This document shows, one piece after another, positions 1-14,182 of a DNA stretch of 64,000 nt (positions are counted from its first letter, which is position 1; every line of letters starts with the position of its first letter). The notes below the pieces were generated by a model that had not been told where the DNA came from, searched no databases, and saw nothing but the letters and a program-made list of their open reading frames with translations. This DNA is from Lama glama (taxonomy: Eukaryota): the NCBI GenBank assembly GCA_028534125.1, contig CM052816.1, positions 44,952,001 through 45,016,000 on the forward strand, given 5' to 3'. The translations under genes and the position numbers were made by a program.

Positions 1-437
1 TTTCCATTGATACCTGCTGTCAAGAGCACGAAAACATCAGCATCAGAACATACTGAAGGGATGTCAATGGTTTGGAAGAAAATCCCAGAGATAGTTGGTA
101 GAGTGAACTTCTAAAAAATGCTCCATCATCAATACTCTCAATAGTAAAAAGGGTGAAACTGTGTAGACAAACTCAGACACTAATGACTTTCAGTCAAGAA
201 GTGGTTTAGAAGACTCAGAACTTTAAAAAGTTTTAGTTATACCTTAACTTATTGTGCTTTAATTTCCCTTTTATGTATTGACAAAGATTAAAATTACATC
301 TAACTGAGTCTAAATATTCTAAATGATAAGAAATATTTTTGCTATGGTATAATTGGCAGTGATTTTCTTTTTCTTGGTGATATAAAAAAAATGATACATC
401 TTATACTCAAAGGCACCCTACATTTGGTAAGATACAG
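1..437 (+). mobile_element. TcMar-Tc2 (Kanga/MER104-like) DNA transposon remnant, 3' part
   Basis: Bases ~52-145 give decayed pogo/Tc2-type transposase words (WKKIPEI..., then FKKCSIINTL after a frameshift). The end (gatacatcttatactcaaaggcaccctacatttggtaagatacag, ~393-437) resembles the recalled Tc2-family terminal repeat. Confidence 0.6.
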
Positions 438-471
438 ATGCTACCATTTCAAGGAAAATTGGCTGTTTTAG

Positions 472-592
472 CACAGGGAATACAGCCAAAATTTTATAAT
501 AACTATAATTGGAGTATAACTTTTAAAAATTGTGAATCACTATGTTATACACCTGAAGATTATATAATAATGTAAATTAACTATACCTCAAG
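472..592 (+). mobile_element. LINE-1 3' end fragment
   Basis: Typical L1 3' terminus: ...gaatcactatgttatacacctgaag...gtaaattaactatacctcaa. Confidence 0.75.
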
Positions 593-2569
593 AAGAGAAA
601 TGGAAAGAAAGGAAAATTAAGCTATTTTATTATTTTTAGAACACAATGTTGGGCTCCTTTTAATTGATGAATGTGTATTTGAGATTTGTAGTTAATAAAT
701 TGGGTTCCTTGTCTACCCAGTTATTCTAATATTTTCTAAAGTCTTCATCACATTTCTGCTACTATCACATTTTCCCCCCAGAATTGTATGGTTCACTCAT
801 GAGTTTTGATTCTCTCTCTTTCTTGATTACAGATAGAAATAACTAAATATGATGTTTTACAAACAGACATATACTTAACAGAACACAATATCCGTAATTT
901 CCTACTTATTTAAATCAATAAAAATTAAGCATATCTTAATATATTCACCCTTCTTCGGTAGTACTTCTGATTTCATGTTAATTTACCTAATCTTTTACTC
1001 CTAAATATAAATGGACAACCTAATAATCTTTTATTTCAGGAAAACCAATAGCAAAAAAGTGAAGGATCAAGTTGAATAAATGGGAAAACTGATCCATGAT
1101 AGAATAGAGATAACTCCAGAAAATTGTAACTGGTTTTTCAGAGGATTTGAGGTGGCTATTGTATCCACAGAGCAAGAATAAGCTGGTATGGGCAAAAGCA
1201 GCAATCATAGAACAAGAATCCTTGCAAAAATAAAAACCTGATCCAGGCACATATTTAGAAATTTCAGAATTTAAGTAAAAACAAAAGTTTACAGATTCCA
1301 GAGAAAAAGGGGGGAAAAAAAGATTACCTAAAGCAAGACTAATACTGGAGCTTCACTGTGTTAGTTCTTAGTTCTCAATGCTAAAAAGGAAAAAAAAATG
1401 CTTTAAGATTCTGAGAAAAAAATATTGATTTGAACCTAAAATCCTTTACAAAACTAATCAAAGAGCTAAGAGAATAGACTGAAGATAGACTCTTTTTCAG
1501 ATAAGCAAGGAGTCAACAAAATGAACTTCACTTGCAGTCTCTTTAAAGAAACTAAATTTCTAAAAAATTGGCAAACACTACAAGATACTGATCTACTACC
1601 TATTCTCTCCTCTATTACAGGAAACTTACTTTATTGAGGATACTAATACTGTAGCTAAAATTTGACAGACTCATGTATAGCTTTGAGGGCCATTGGGATG
1701 TAAATGGAAGTCACTTGGTGAGGCTTGTGAGAAGGTTCCTTAAATGTTGTACACCTGAAACTTTTAATTTTGTACATCAACTATACCTTGATTTTTTTAA
1801 AATAATATTTAGGGCTCTATATCCTCTTTTAAACTTGTATTCTGCAATTTTAATTTTTTTAATCTAGTGTTTATAAAGTAAAATTGCATTCTAGTTTTAC
1901 ATTGTATTCCCTTGATCTTAGTCAAACTGTAAATATTTTATATTTTCATGGTTTATTTCTATGAAATATCTATTCATGTGTTTTGTCCAGTTTTCTATTA
2001 GGTTCTTTTTCTTTTTTATTCTCATATTTTCTGAAAACTAATTTGGTCAGCTAAATATGTTTCAAAAACATTTATTTTTTGTAGTTTATCTTTTGATTTT
2101 ATAACGTCTTTTGACAAGGCAGTAATCTCATTTAATACAATTGAATATAGCAACTTAAAGAAGTCAAGGAACCTTCAACTTTGTCTTCTGGGTAATTTAG
2201 GTGTGCTCATCAAAGAATGAGTAGAGAATGCATTTTTAGCTTGATTAATAACTTTTAAATATTTAGACATGTTCTGTGGTCCTTCATGGTAAATGCTTAC
2301 CTCAGGCCCTGCACATGTGAGGAGTATGTTTGCTTCCAGGATGTACATTTGCTGCACTCCCAGCCTGCCTTTAGCTTCCACTCCCACTGTTCCTTGACCA
2401 GTTTTAATAGCTGGAAAAAAGCAACCTAGGCTTGAAGAAACTTACAAAGGAGAGTTCCACACAGAATAGCTCCAGCATGAACCTGATATTGTCTACATTT
2501 CCAAACACTGCATTTACCCTCTGTGGGATGCTTTCTATACAAGACTTCCCACCATTGCACATAAACAGA

Positions 2570-3145
2570 CACCCATCAGCCAGACCAATGCTTTTTAAAT
2601 ATAAAACTGATGATGCCAAGCTCTTGCTCAGAACCCTCCAATGGCTTCTCATCATATCAAATAAATAAAAAGTTTTTTCCATGGCCTTTAAACCCCACGT
2701 GATTTGTTCCCTGGTCAATTTCTGGCCTCTTAGTTGCAATTCTACTATTCTCCCCTCTACTCACTCCACTCCAGGATCCTGGCCTCTGTGCAAGTCCCCA
2801 AAAACACTATGTCTCTGCCGTGGGAACTTTGCACAGTACATTCCCTTTACCTGGAGTGCTTTTCCTCCTGATGGATCACTCCCTAGTTTCATTCCTGTTC
2901 AAGTGTATCTTTCTCATAAAGGCCTTCACTGATACTCTATCTGTATGTGCCCTACTGTGTATTTTATTTTTATAGAATTCATCACTACATCACATTGTAT
3001 TATATATTTATTTGTTCCTGTTTATTAACAATATGCCTTACTAAAACATCAGCTCTATGAAGACAGGTACTTTGTTTAGTTCATGTTTGTATCCCTAAAA
3101 CCCAGAACATGCCTTCATATAACTAAGTATTTAACAAATGTTTAT
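2570..3145 (+). mobile_element. L2 (L2a-like) 3' region
   Basis: L2 hallmarks: aaccctccaatggcttctca, ttccctttacctggagtgct, agctctatgaagacagg...gtatccc...aacaaatgttt. Confidence 0.75.
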
Positions 3146-4209
3146 TATAGAACACTTCACCCTCATACTTCGTGACAGGTGCCCACAGAAACATGACAGC
3201 AGATAAATGTGGGTCACCCTTTGTTATCTGCATCCATTGCCATGGGCACATCCACAGCTATGACAGTTGGACCCCAACCCTGGAAGCATTTTAACAATGG
3301 GAAAATCCTAATCTATGGCTGTGGGTTCAATATCTTGATATTGACAGGACCCTATTATTAGAGAATAAAGGATCTCTTTCTCTTGGTTTCATCAAATTCA
3401 GATTCAATAAAATATAAAGAATTTGCTTCTTGAGTTGGGATTGAGGGAGTAAAGAAACACCTTAAAAAGTACCTCTCGGAGAGGGATTGAAAATAGGCAT
3501 AAGGTCAGGGTCAGTAGATTTTACTTTTTACTTGGTACCATTATGTACTGTTTGAATTATTTTATCCATGTGCATAAACCCCTTTTGAAATTAAAAAATG
3601 GAAACTTTACAATAAAATAAAATATTTTAATATTTTCTGGAAAATGTATATTAAATTTTTTAAAAACTGCTTCTTCTCTCTCTCATTTCCCCCTTACATG
3701 TACAGTAGCATCTTCGATAACAAAAGGGCTCTAACTCTCCTGAAATACCAGGGTTCATTTTTAGTTCACTAAGTCTCTCAAGGAAGTTGAGACTTCTTCT
3801 TATCTATCTTTTTTTCTTCTCATTGCAAAATCAAATGATCTATTTACGTACTTGCTTCTGCTTTTAGACTATGCCTTCACAGATTATCTAACTAGAAAAC
3901 GCAAATATATCTTCATTGTTAATTACAATTTTTTTTGAACCAGTAATATATTCCAAGCACTTTGCATTTGCATGGAACAAAAGATTACAAGATTTACCAT
4001 TAAAGAAGGACCTCTACAAATTTACACTAGGTAATTAACCCAGAAGAAAACACAATGAGTTAATAGTGATTATAAAAACAGTCATCTCTTCATGTGAGAT
4101 ATTTTTTTCTAGGTTAAAAATTAACAAATACTAAGTATATAACTTCCAAGAAAAAGAATCAAATGTATACTTATTTTCATTCTTATTTTGTGTGTTACAA
4201 GCATAAAAC

Positions 4210-4590
4210 TATTTTATTTTATATTTTAATTGAAGTATAGTTGATTTATAATATTATATCAGCTCCAAGTTACAACAGAGTGATTCAATATTTTTACAGA
4301 TTATATTCCATTTAAAGTTATTACAAAAGAATAGATATATTTTCCTGTACTATACAATATGTCCTTGTTGCTTATTTATTTTATACACAGTAGTTTGTGT
4401 CTCCTATGTCTCCCCTCCCACTTTCCCCTCGTCTCACTGGTAACCACTAGTTTGTTCTCTATATCTGTGAGTCTGTTCTGTTACATATTTTATTTTATTT
4501 TTTAGATTCCACATATAAATGATAACAGAATATTTGTCTTTCTTTGTCTGACGTATTTCACTAGGCATAATACTCTCTAGCTCTACCCAC
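4210..4590 (-). mobile_element. LINE-1 3' end, antisense
   Basis: ttttaattgaagtatagttgatttataat ... tttagattccacatataaatga ... ctgacgtatttcactaggcataat is the reverse complement of an L1 3' UTR and ORF2 end. Confidence 0.85.
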
Positions 4591-5939
4591 AAGTGAGAGA
4601 TTTTTATCCTAATATTTCTAATAAATTTAATTTTTAAAGAACTTTACTGTTTTTGCAAGCCAGAGAAATATATGTATATAGGTATGTGTATGTGTATGTA
4701 GTATGAAAATAAATAGAAAGAAGATAGAAAAGATGCTCATAAAATTATTGACAGTGTTATCTCTCAAGAGGGGAATGGAGATGGGGAAATAATGAGAATC
4801 TCCACATTTTTCTGACTATAGGTCTCTATAGCTTGATTTTTTTAACAATGAGATATATTTATGCTTTGTGTAATGTGATCATGTGTATCAAAGACTAATT
4901 TTTAGACTGTTTTAGAGTAATTACAACTAACATTTCCAAAAAAACAAAACAAAAGAAATAATTTTAAGGCACTGAGAGCTTAGTATTTAAATACCATGGA
5001 AAATATTAATATTAATTTTTCTGTCTTTATGCCTAGATTTCTACATTGGTATAGACTATAAAGTGTGGTCACCCTTATTCCATTATAAGAGTAAATATAT
5101 TAAAACAAATCTGATTTCTATAACCTTATGATATTGTAATGTATAGCCACTTAAGGGACTATGATGGGGGAGAAGGAGGAAGTAATAAATAAGTTACAAA
5201 CATGTATTTTTGACATATTTCTAATGTATTCATGTATCAGGAAAAAAAGATGTATCTTATTTCCTAATTATCTCTTGTACCTTTCTAAATGGTAGACAAA
5301 TTTAAGGGAAATGATAAAAGTGCCTGATTGGTCATTACCTTCCAAATCCATGAGCCACTTCCTGAAACCTAACTGATGGGCTTTCATGTGGAACATTTCC
5401 CATCAGTAGTTGAAATTACATTTCGGAACCTCCAACATGTTTCAGAGTCTTAGGATGAATAATTAATGCAATTGCACTCACAGACCTTTGTAATGAGCAC
5501 ATATTTTATAAGTAAATAACTAATGTCCAATACCAAATGAATACCAATGCAACAGAGATTTCTGGGAAGTAGGCTTGGTGTTTTGTGTGAAGTCTAAAAC
5601 CGACACTGATAGGCCAATATTCACAAACTCCCTCCTTTATTAGTCGGTTTTTAGACCCATTTACTGAGTGTGTCAGTTTAATTCTCATACTGGCAAATGA
5701 ATGTTGTTTGTAGCTCATGAAAGAGAATGGAATTAGCTGTATCATTTAACCACAGGAAGTCGCAAATAATGTTAACTGATCAGCTGGCCATAAATTTATT
5801 CTATTTAACTGTTGAATAATGCATTTGGTACACTGCACCTGAAAGCAGTTTTCTTCTCCTTTCCCGTATTTGTGTCAGTCTTTTCTACTTTGTGAATCAT
5901 CTCTACATTCATAGAGGATATTACATGAATCAAAAGTTT

Positions 5940-6008
5940 GTGCATATGTATGTATATGTGTGCGTATGTATGTGTGTGTGTATATATATATACACATATA
6001 TATATATA
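5940..6008. repeat. (TA)n/(TG)n compound microsatellite
   Basis: Directly visible. Confidence 0.9.
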
Positions 6009-6489
6009 AATAAAATAGTTCACCCTCAAATGCCTACATGAGTTTGAAATATTTTTCCATTTAATTTAATATTTTCTTAAAAGCCAGACTTTATCAAATC
6101 TAATTTAAAGGCCCTGCAATTGCATTAAAGCACATAACTAAAAGAGTATTCGCGGAATTAACCATTTTGTCTAGTCAGTACCAAAGAAACCATACTTCCT
6201 GAATTACCTCTGTTTTTACAAGTTTTCCTCACCATCTACAGATTTTTTTTCAAGTGAAACTATTTCAAATGATGATAAGGTTGTTAAAATTTTTCCATTC
6301 ACTTAGAACACATAAATTATGCCTCATTTTGTACTTGCTTTGAGAGCCTCAAGTGAAGAGAGGGAACTTGTGACACAGTATTTTGTAACATTTTACAGAA
6401 AATACCCATGAAGCGTATTGGCCTAAGGCAAAGAAAGGCTATTGGTTAATGTGAAGAATCTACTCGGAGGACTAAAACATCTAGAAGCA

Positions 6490-6685
6490 GCATGTTGGAT
6501 TCACAGGGTCTGAGCTTGGTCCTGCACAGTTACTGGGAGAACATGGAGAAGGAACTTGACTTCTGTGTATCTGTTTCCTCATGTGGAAATAGGAATAATT
6601 ATTTCTCTCAGAGCTGTTCTTCAAATTAAACAGTGCATTTAAAGTGCATAACACACACAGTAAAGGCTCAATAAACATCAGTTCC
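6490..6685 (+). mobile_element. MIR SINE
   Basis: MIR core: ctgtttcctcatgtggaaataggaataat ... taaagtgc ... gtaaaggctcaataaa. Confidence 0.75.
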
Positions 6686-6829
6686 CTCCACACGCTCTCC
6701 CATTCCCTTGTTCAGTTACAAGTATCACATCTAAAACTCCCAGATATCATCTCTCACAAAGGATTGGTATGAATTCTACTGTGCAAGATCTGAATATTAA
6801 GGCAACCACGCTCAGGTCAGCCTGCTTCC

Positions 6830-7025
6830 CCCTTTAACTATACTTTCCTTTCATAGCATTTGTCACAACTGTAGTTAATGACTCTTAAAATGTAATTTCT
6901 GTCTCATCTAAGCTGTGACTCCATGAAGACCATGTCCATTTCTGTCTTCCTTCATTGCAACCTCAGAACTGAGCACAGGTACTAGCATTTAATTGGTGCT
7001 CACTAAATGAATGAATAAATGAATG
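6830..7025 (+). mobile_element. L2 3' end
   Basis: ctccatgaag...ctgagcacaggtactagca...gtgctcactaaatgaatgaataaatgaat tail. Confidence 0.7.
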
Positions 7026-8416
7026 CCCAAGTCTGTCTCTAAACTCCCTACGGTCAACTGCCTTTTACCCAAATCATGGCACATTTCATGATGAAATAGA
7101 CAATGAAAAATAGAATTTCCAAGACAAAAAAAAAAACCAACATGAATTTTTACCAATACATAATCAAAATCAAGTTCAGTATTTCCATGTGTTTCAGAGA
7201 GAATGCTTTTAAAGTGTTAAATGCATCACCTAACATTGTTGGTCACTTTCCAAAAAATATACTGATTCTACTTTAATTATTTTACAGCTATTCATGTGTG
7301 TAGGTTTTGCTCAAAAGATCAATTGGTAATGAGCTTACTATAAGAAGAACATAAACATCATTCTTTGATTTGTTGCTGAAGCTGTTATTTGCAAAGCCTC
7401 TGGCTGCTGAAGACTTTACTTTCAACTCAAGTTTTACCTAAAACCTTTACTAAAGGAGGGGAAAAAATTTATTAGCATTCCATTCTATGAGTTGTCTGCT
7501 GCTGCCATTATTTATATTAAATCAAATTTAATCCATTAAAAATAAATTGTTTCAAAAATGATGGTTGAAGATTCTCTCCCAAAAAAGCAGCAAACAAGTA
7601 AAATACTGACTTTCACAGACCACACAGCAATGTGAATTTTATTTTTAATGCATGTTAAGTGAATATTCTAAAACTGTGAAAGAAACGTGGCCACACTATA
7701 GAGCTGGGAAAGGACTGAACTCCTTGCAAACTTTGGATACATACAAAGGAGTAGCAATGGTGAAAACTGTTCAGTAAAGAGAATTCACAGTAGTTAGACT
7801 TGCCAAAAACAGAAGATTAATTTAGGGATGTGAATAGACACTGACAGGTTTAATTATAAACATTCCTATAAGGTTTTTATTAGGTCATTACAATGTGTCA
7901 GGCACTTTGCTAAGCACTTTAAGTAACTTTTTTTCCCCTTAATTCCTATTTTTTACAATGATCCTACAATGTAATAATAATTATGTTTATTCTGTAGATA
8001 AATAAATGGAATCCTTGTTAACAAGTAACAAGGACCTTAAATGTGTCTCTTTCCAAAATTTCTGGTTCTTAATGGCTATATCATACTCACTGTATAACTC
8101 GAAGGGTTAGACAACCCCAAAATGAGAAGCACTTCATTGGGATAACAATTTCAAAAGCACAAAGTTAAAAACGTCTGCTTACAAGTCAAGCAAATCTGTC
8201 ATTTAAAATCTGAGCACAGGGAATCTGAGCAGTCTTTGCAAATATCTCTGACATTGCTGCTTTCTGTGGTCCCACTAGAGTAACTCAACAACCATTGTAA
8301 GCATGTCAGCAAAGACTAGGAGATGTCCCTATAGTCCCAAGTTCTATGTGCATCTCCAAGGAGACAATCACCAGGACTTCTTTCTCCTAGAGTCAGAAGA
8401 GAGCTAAGGAAACATC

Positions 8417-8471
8417 ACACACACACACACACACTCACACACACACACACACACACACATACACACACACA
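8417..8471. repeat. (CA)n microsatellite
   Basis: Directly visible. Confidence 0.95.
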
Positions 8472-8809
8472 AATAGCTTCTCCTTAAAGTCCAAGGCAGA
8501 AACTTCAAATTTCTTGGCTTTCCAAAGGGACACAGCTAGCAAAAGTTATCAGAACCCATTGATCCATCAAACAACAAGAGAAAGTTTCTCTGGGGTACTA
8601 GCTACGTGAAATCCTTGGGCCAGCAGCACAATCCCTCTGGGCCCAGCTGTCCTGCAAGAGAGCTAGCCACATGAGGACATTAAATAGCTACCAGTTTCTG
8701 TAATGAGAGGACCGTCCTAGCACATTTAAAGTCTCAGAGCAGAGAATCTTCTTCCCAATAAATCGTACTTGGCCAATTCATCCCTTACTAGCTCAGGAGA
8801 GTGAGAAGT

Positions 8810-9430
8810 ATCTCTACTGATTGATAAAAGATAAAGAGCCAACATAAAAGTGGGCAAACTTAGGAAGCACATATCCAAACTGTGAACAAACAACTGAAAT
8901 AATATACGATCTCACTAACACTCAGTGAAATTGAAATTAAAACAAACCTAAGATACCAGACTCTTAAGAGTGAAACCCCACTTTGGGAAATATATCTGAC
9001 AATAATAAAAGCATTAGAACACAGGGATATATGTACAAAGATTTTTAAGTGTTAAAGGAAAACTGAAATCAGCTCGACTGTCATCCAGAAGAAGACGATG
9101 GAACATACTAGAGAGTGTGTTTATTTTGTGCACTATGCACCAGCCAGTAAAAAGAATGTTTTCTATTAATCTGAAGATCTACAAAAAAAAAGCAAAGTGT
9201 GGAACAACATGAACAGTAATATTTTCTTATTTAAAAACCCATTTATGTGTGTATGTGTTTGATACATTTTTATGGACATGTAGAGAGGTGGAGAATGTCA
9301 CACATTGCACTATTAACATGGTTGATTTCAGGGAAGCAAAAATAGAAAAATATGAGAAAATCATTCACTTTTCCTTTGCATCATTAGATTGTTCTATGAT
9401 ACCAGTAAGATATTATTTTGGAATTTTTTT
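8810..9430 (+). mobile_element. Old L1 (L1M-type) 3' fragments
   Basis: Decayed L1 ORF2-end words: ctcactaacactcagtgaaattgaaattaaaacaa, ccactttgggaaatatatct, atgtacaaagat. Confidence 0.5.
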
Positions 9431-11105
9431 TAACTAAAAGGAAAAAAAGTGTTACATAAAACTACTTTCAATATAGCACAGAGCTGACCTTATATGAATT
9501 TACATACTATTTTTTCAATGTTAAATATCCAAAGTGACTAGATTAATAGATATTAAATGCACCGCTACAATTTATTTCTATCAGGAAAATAAAAGATATT
9601 AATCATGTCCATCTACACATACTTTCTAGCCACCTACTTTACTGAATGAATGTTAAAGTTATTTTATGGTCATTATTTTATGGTCATTTTTAATCATCTC
9701 CACTTTTTAAAAAAATGAATATTTAAATGCCAACTAAACAAAGAGAAAACAAACCTAGTCTAAATTCAGAAGGTTTGTATCTTCTAAAATCTCTTAACTT
9801 GACTTTTTAGTTCCTTTAGGAGAAACTGAATTAAATGTTAAAATAAAGTGTCACTCCCATTCCCTTTTCTCCCAAAAGGTTTTCTATCTTCTCCTGAGCA
9901 CTATAAGAAAAACTACAGGGTTTCAGTTGTCGGAAAGAATTGTTGGATCAGTGTTAAGATTTGGAGATAAAACTGTTCCTAGTTTTTTGAAAAAGCTGAA
10001 ATAGGAGGACAGTCCTGGAGTATCAGACTCCTACTGGGGATATGGCAGTCAGAGAGGAACAATGGGCTCCTGACATAACACTCCCTCTGAGCTCTGGAGT
10101 GTTCAGATTTCCTGGGTTAAGGGAACTTGGAATACGAGCAAACATATGTAAGCATCCCAAGGAAATCTAGAATAAAAAGAAAGATAACCATTCAACATAT
10201 CTAATCGATTCTACTCTTCCACCATCTTCTATTTACTTTAACCCACTGACCCATGGGTTAAAGGAAACCACTCTCTCTCTCACTCTCAAGAAATTACTCC
10301 AAATTAAGCTTAAAAAAAAAAAAATCTGTTCCCTACAAAATGGATCCAAAAACACTTCGTTCTTTTCCACCCCGAATTATAGCTTACCACATATTTAAGC
10401 AAATTTTTGGTTCTTGATTTTTGTTTTTTCACTTCTGATAACTCCTCCATTTGATTGCCTCTGTACCCGTTTTGACTTTCTCTAATACTTAGGACCAGAA
10501 GCTGCACTCAAAGTTGAAATACTTCATAGACCACCAAATACCCCATATGACAAAATACATGTTAAATGTAGACAATTCCAGAACTTCAAACACACCATTA
10601 TCTTACAAAGGCTCAGTATGCTGCAGCTTTTCACACTGTTTTAACTTATCTTTGCATCATAATATGCATGTATTTCTGAAATATTTTTTTCACCTATCTG
10701 TGGTCCATTAGGGTGCTCCTCTACAACCAGGTGAATGTTATTTTTCATATTGTAAGTTCATAGAGAAGAAAAATATATATAGTATAATTCCCAAAATTAA
10801 TGAACAGTTCTTAAATAATCTAAGGAGATAAATATATACACACATATATTATTACATTTTTAAGAGTAAACGTACTAACATACTGTAAGTGTTACTATTT
10901 CTTTTTTTTTTAACTGTTACTATTTCTGTACTTGTATTTTATTACAACTGAATGACACAGGAATATCAATACTCTTAAGAAAGTCTTGTATCAAACAGCT
11001 TGTTTAGGCGATAGAAAGTAGATTATCCAATAATCATTTTGAGAAGGTTCTGATGGTTTTGAGATTCTTTTAAAAAGAAATTTGAACAACAGCAAACAGC
11101 TTAAA

Positions 11106-11106
11106 T

Positions 11107-11150
<44 letters not shown>

Positions 11151-11151
11151 G
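11106..11151. repeat. (CTA)n trinucleotide microsatellite
   Basis: Perfect ctactacta... run; it explains the poly-Val ORF at 10991-11194. Confidence 0.95.
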
Positions 11152-11989
11152 TAAATAAGCAGTTAAATGTGGCCTTTTCTCTGCAACTGAACAAACTGAG
11201 TCCAAATGTCTGCTCTAGAGAACACAGAAGACATTACTAGTAAATCTTTCTCACATAATGAGGACTTTGCATTATTATTACACATGCATTTACTAATTCA
11301 ACAAGCACTTACTAAACGTCTACCATATACTAGGCACTGTACTGTCAATAATGTGGGGTATGAAATCAGACTCATTAGCATTTAAATCTTGGTTCACTCA
11401 CTATTAGCCGTGTGATATCTGAAAGTTTCTCGCTATGCTTTAAAATGTACAGGACTCACTCTTTTAAATAAAATAGATATAATCATAACACTTAGCCCAA
11501 AAAACTATCGTTTGAGAGTTAAGCATTAAGTAATACAGTTGTCAGTATCTAGCAGTTAATAAGTGTTCGATAAATGTGAATTATTTTTATTATTATTATC
11601 ATTATTATTTCATTACTCCTATCTTGAGGATTTCCTGTTACACACAGTAAATGGTAGGAGAATAATGGAGAGGATAGAGAAGAAAATTCCATGTCAGGGA
11701 ACAAGTTATGCAGGGATAGGAGAGAACACAGTAAACCTTGGTATAAAAGAAAAGCAGATAACTGAATTTAATGTTTTTAAATTGCAGCCTTGGGGAAGAA
11801 AAATATTGTTGCCTTTTATTCTTGAGATGCTAACAAGGGAGCCATGTTAATTAGCAAAAGACGGTGTCTTATCTTTTTATCTCCAGGCATAGAACAGTTC
11901 CTGGCACATGGCTGATGCCTAAAAACATTAAGGAATAAACCCACAAATGAATACAAAATATATATTTGAACATAGAGCTCTTGAAGGTT

Positions 11990-12800
11990 TTCATGTATCA
12001 TGCGGACATAATCACATTTGCATTTTAGAAGTATAACTTGGTGGGCAGTGTCGAAATGAGCATTAATGATGAGAAACTGGAATTAGGAGAATAATAAAGT
12101 CATCACTAACTCAGGTAAAATGAGATGATGATCCACACCAAGGAAATACCAGTGGGCACAGAAATAAAAGACACCAATTAAAAGGATATCTAGAATGCTA
12201 GATAAAATTCTTTCATGTGGGCAATGAGAAAGAAAAGAGAACAGCAATGATCTCAACGTTTATAGGTTAGGTTATGGAGTATGTGGAGATTCGGGTCATT
12301 AAAATAGAAAGCAAGGATAGAGAGCAAATGTGGAAGGGCATAACGAGAAGAGAAATATAAATGGATACTGAGGTGTTACAAAATAAACTCCAAAGTCATA
12401 AGCTCGTAAATGATAGTGGAAGTTGTAGAAGAGAGTGGGATTATCCAGGCAGAGCACAAAGAGGATGAAGAAAGGAAAGGCCAAAACTGAACCAGGTAGA
12501 ACATCAACTATTACGGTGCTGGGTAATTAAAGACTATTCCATCAGAAGTTCCCTATGTGTTCACATTTCTCAAGAAGAAGATAAGACTAAGGAGATGATA
12601 AAGAAGGTGGTATCAGAAATGTAGAAGGTCTCCAAGCAAATGGACTTGGAAAATCATGGGGGCAGAGAAATTTTTGAAAAGATTGGGATGTGGGGGAGGG
12701 AGAGTATCAGCAATGTTAAATGCTGAGATGTCCACAGAAAGCAGACAGAAAATTTTTCCACTGGCCCAAACAGTAAATGCATAGGTAGTCCATGTGGGGC
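11990..12800 (-). mobile_element. L2 fragment, antisense
   Basis: Purine-rich antisense L2 pattern: atttgcattttagaag, ggagagtatcagcaatgttaaatgctg, gaaaatttttcca. Confidence 0.55.
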
Positions 12801-12829
12801 TTACTAGTTTCCACTCCTTCCAGCCTCCT

Positions 12830-13900
12830 TCCCACAGCCTTGTCAACAGAGTGACATTAGCAATCTTTTGCATTTTCGCCAAGCTTATGTGTGAGAAAAA
12901 TACCAACTCACTGTCGTTTTAATTTGAATTATTCTCAGTATGAATGACACTGAATATTTTTCTATTATTGAAGGCCATGTTGTACTTTTTTATAAATTGT
13001 TCATGTATTTTAGCCCCTTTTCTATAGGGTTTCTGGTTTTTTTCCTCTCAATTTTTCAATGTTCTTGATGTTTTGGCGATTTTAGATCTTTGACTTTGCT
13101 CATGATGTTATTTTTGATAGCAAAAAATCTTAATTTTTATACAGTCAAATTTATCAATATTTTTTAATTCACCATGATTTGGAATCATATTTAGAAAATC
13201 TTTCCCTAAACCCAGATTTTAGCAGGACGTGGTTATTTTCCCCCAGGTCCTACATGGGCTCATTTTTTACTTTTAGATATAATCCATTTTAAGTTTATTT
13301 TTGTTTATTGGTATAAGAAAAGGATATAATTTTATCTTTTCCAAATAACTATCCAGTTATCTCAATACCATTTATTAAGTAGTCTATCTTTTCTCCAGTG
13401 ACTTGACCCTTTTCGCCTACACTAAAATTCCATAGCTACTTGGGACTATTTCTGGATGTTTCAGACTATTCCAGTGGTCTGTCTACCTATCCATGCAGCA
13501 GGCCCACACCACTTTAACTACAGAGGATTTGTGGGGGATTTTAATACAGTGGAGCTAGTCCCTGTCATAGCTTTTCCTTTTGTGTCATCCTAGTTATTCT
13601 TGCATGTTATTTTCAACATGAACTTGGCTATCAACTTGTCTTACTCCACTAAATACATTTATTAGACTCATATTAAATCTATAAATTAACTTAGGGAGCA
13701 CTAACATTTTGATAATGTCGAGACATCTTACCCAAGAGGGAGGGATGTCTTTCAATTTGTTTACATCAGGAGTGTTATATCATTTGCCGCATGCAGATGT
13801 GGCCCATTTATTGTTAGGTTTATTTATAGGGAGCTTTCCTTTTTGTTGGTGGTGGTGTTGGAGTTTTCTCCAAATGAAAATTTTAAATTTTTAGCAGATA
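12830..13900 (-). mobile_element. Old L1 ORF2 fragments, antisense
   Basis: cagtcaaatttatcaat, atccagttatctcaataccatttatt, attaaatctataaattaacttagggag...acattttgataatg are antisense L1 ORF2 relics. Confidence 0.75.
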
Positions 13901-13963
13901 CGGGATTTCTGCTACATGGAACCTTTCATCACATCTCCTAACAAATTATTACTTGTGTATATA

Positions 13964-14182
13964 AGGGTATCTCAAGCTTGGCACTGCACTATTCACATTT
14001 TGGGCCTAATAATTCCTTGTTGTGGGGGCTGTCCTGCTCATTGTAAGGTACTTAGAAGGTCATAACCTCTACCCACGAGATGCCAGTGGCACTAACATCC
14101 CCAGGCATAACAACCCAAAAAGTCTTCAGACATCACCACATGGGGGAGGGGTTGAGAGTGCCATCGGTTAAGAAACACCATT
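13964..14182. mobile_element. MER20 (hAT-Charlie) non-autonomous DNA transposon
   Basis: cactattcacattttgggcctaataattccttgttgtgggggctgtcctg...cctctacccacgagatgccagt matches the recalled MER20 consensus; nested in the old L1. Confidence 0.85.

Noticed and set aside
10991..11194. Poly-Val ORF
   Set aside because: Translation of the (CTA)n microsatellite.
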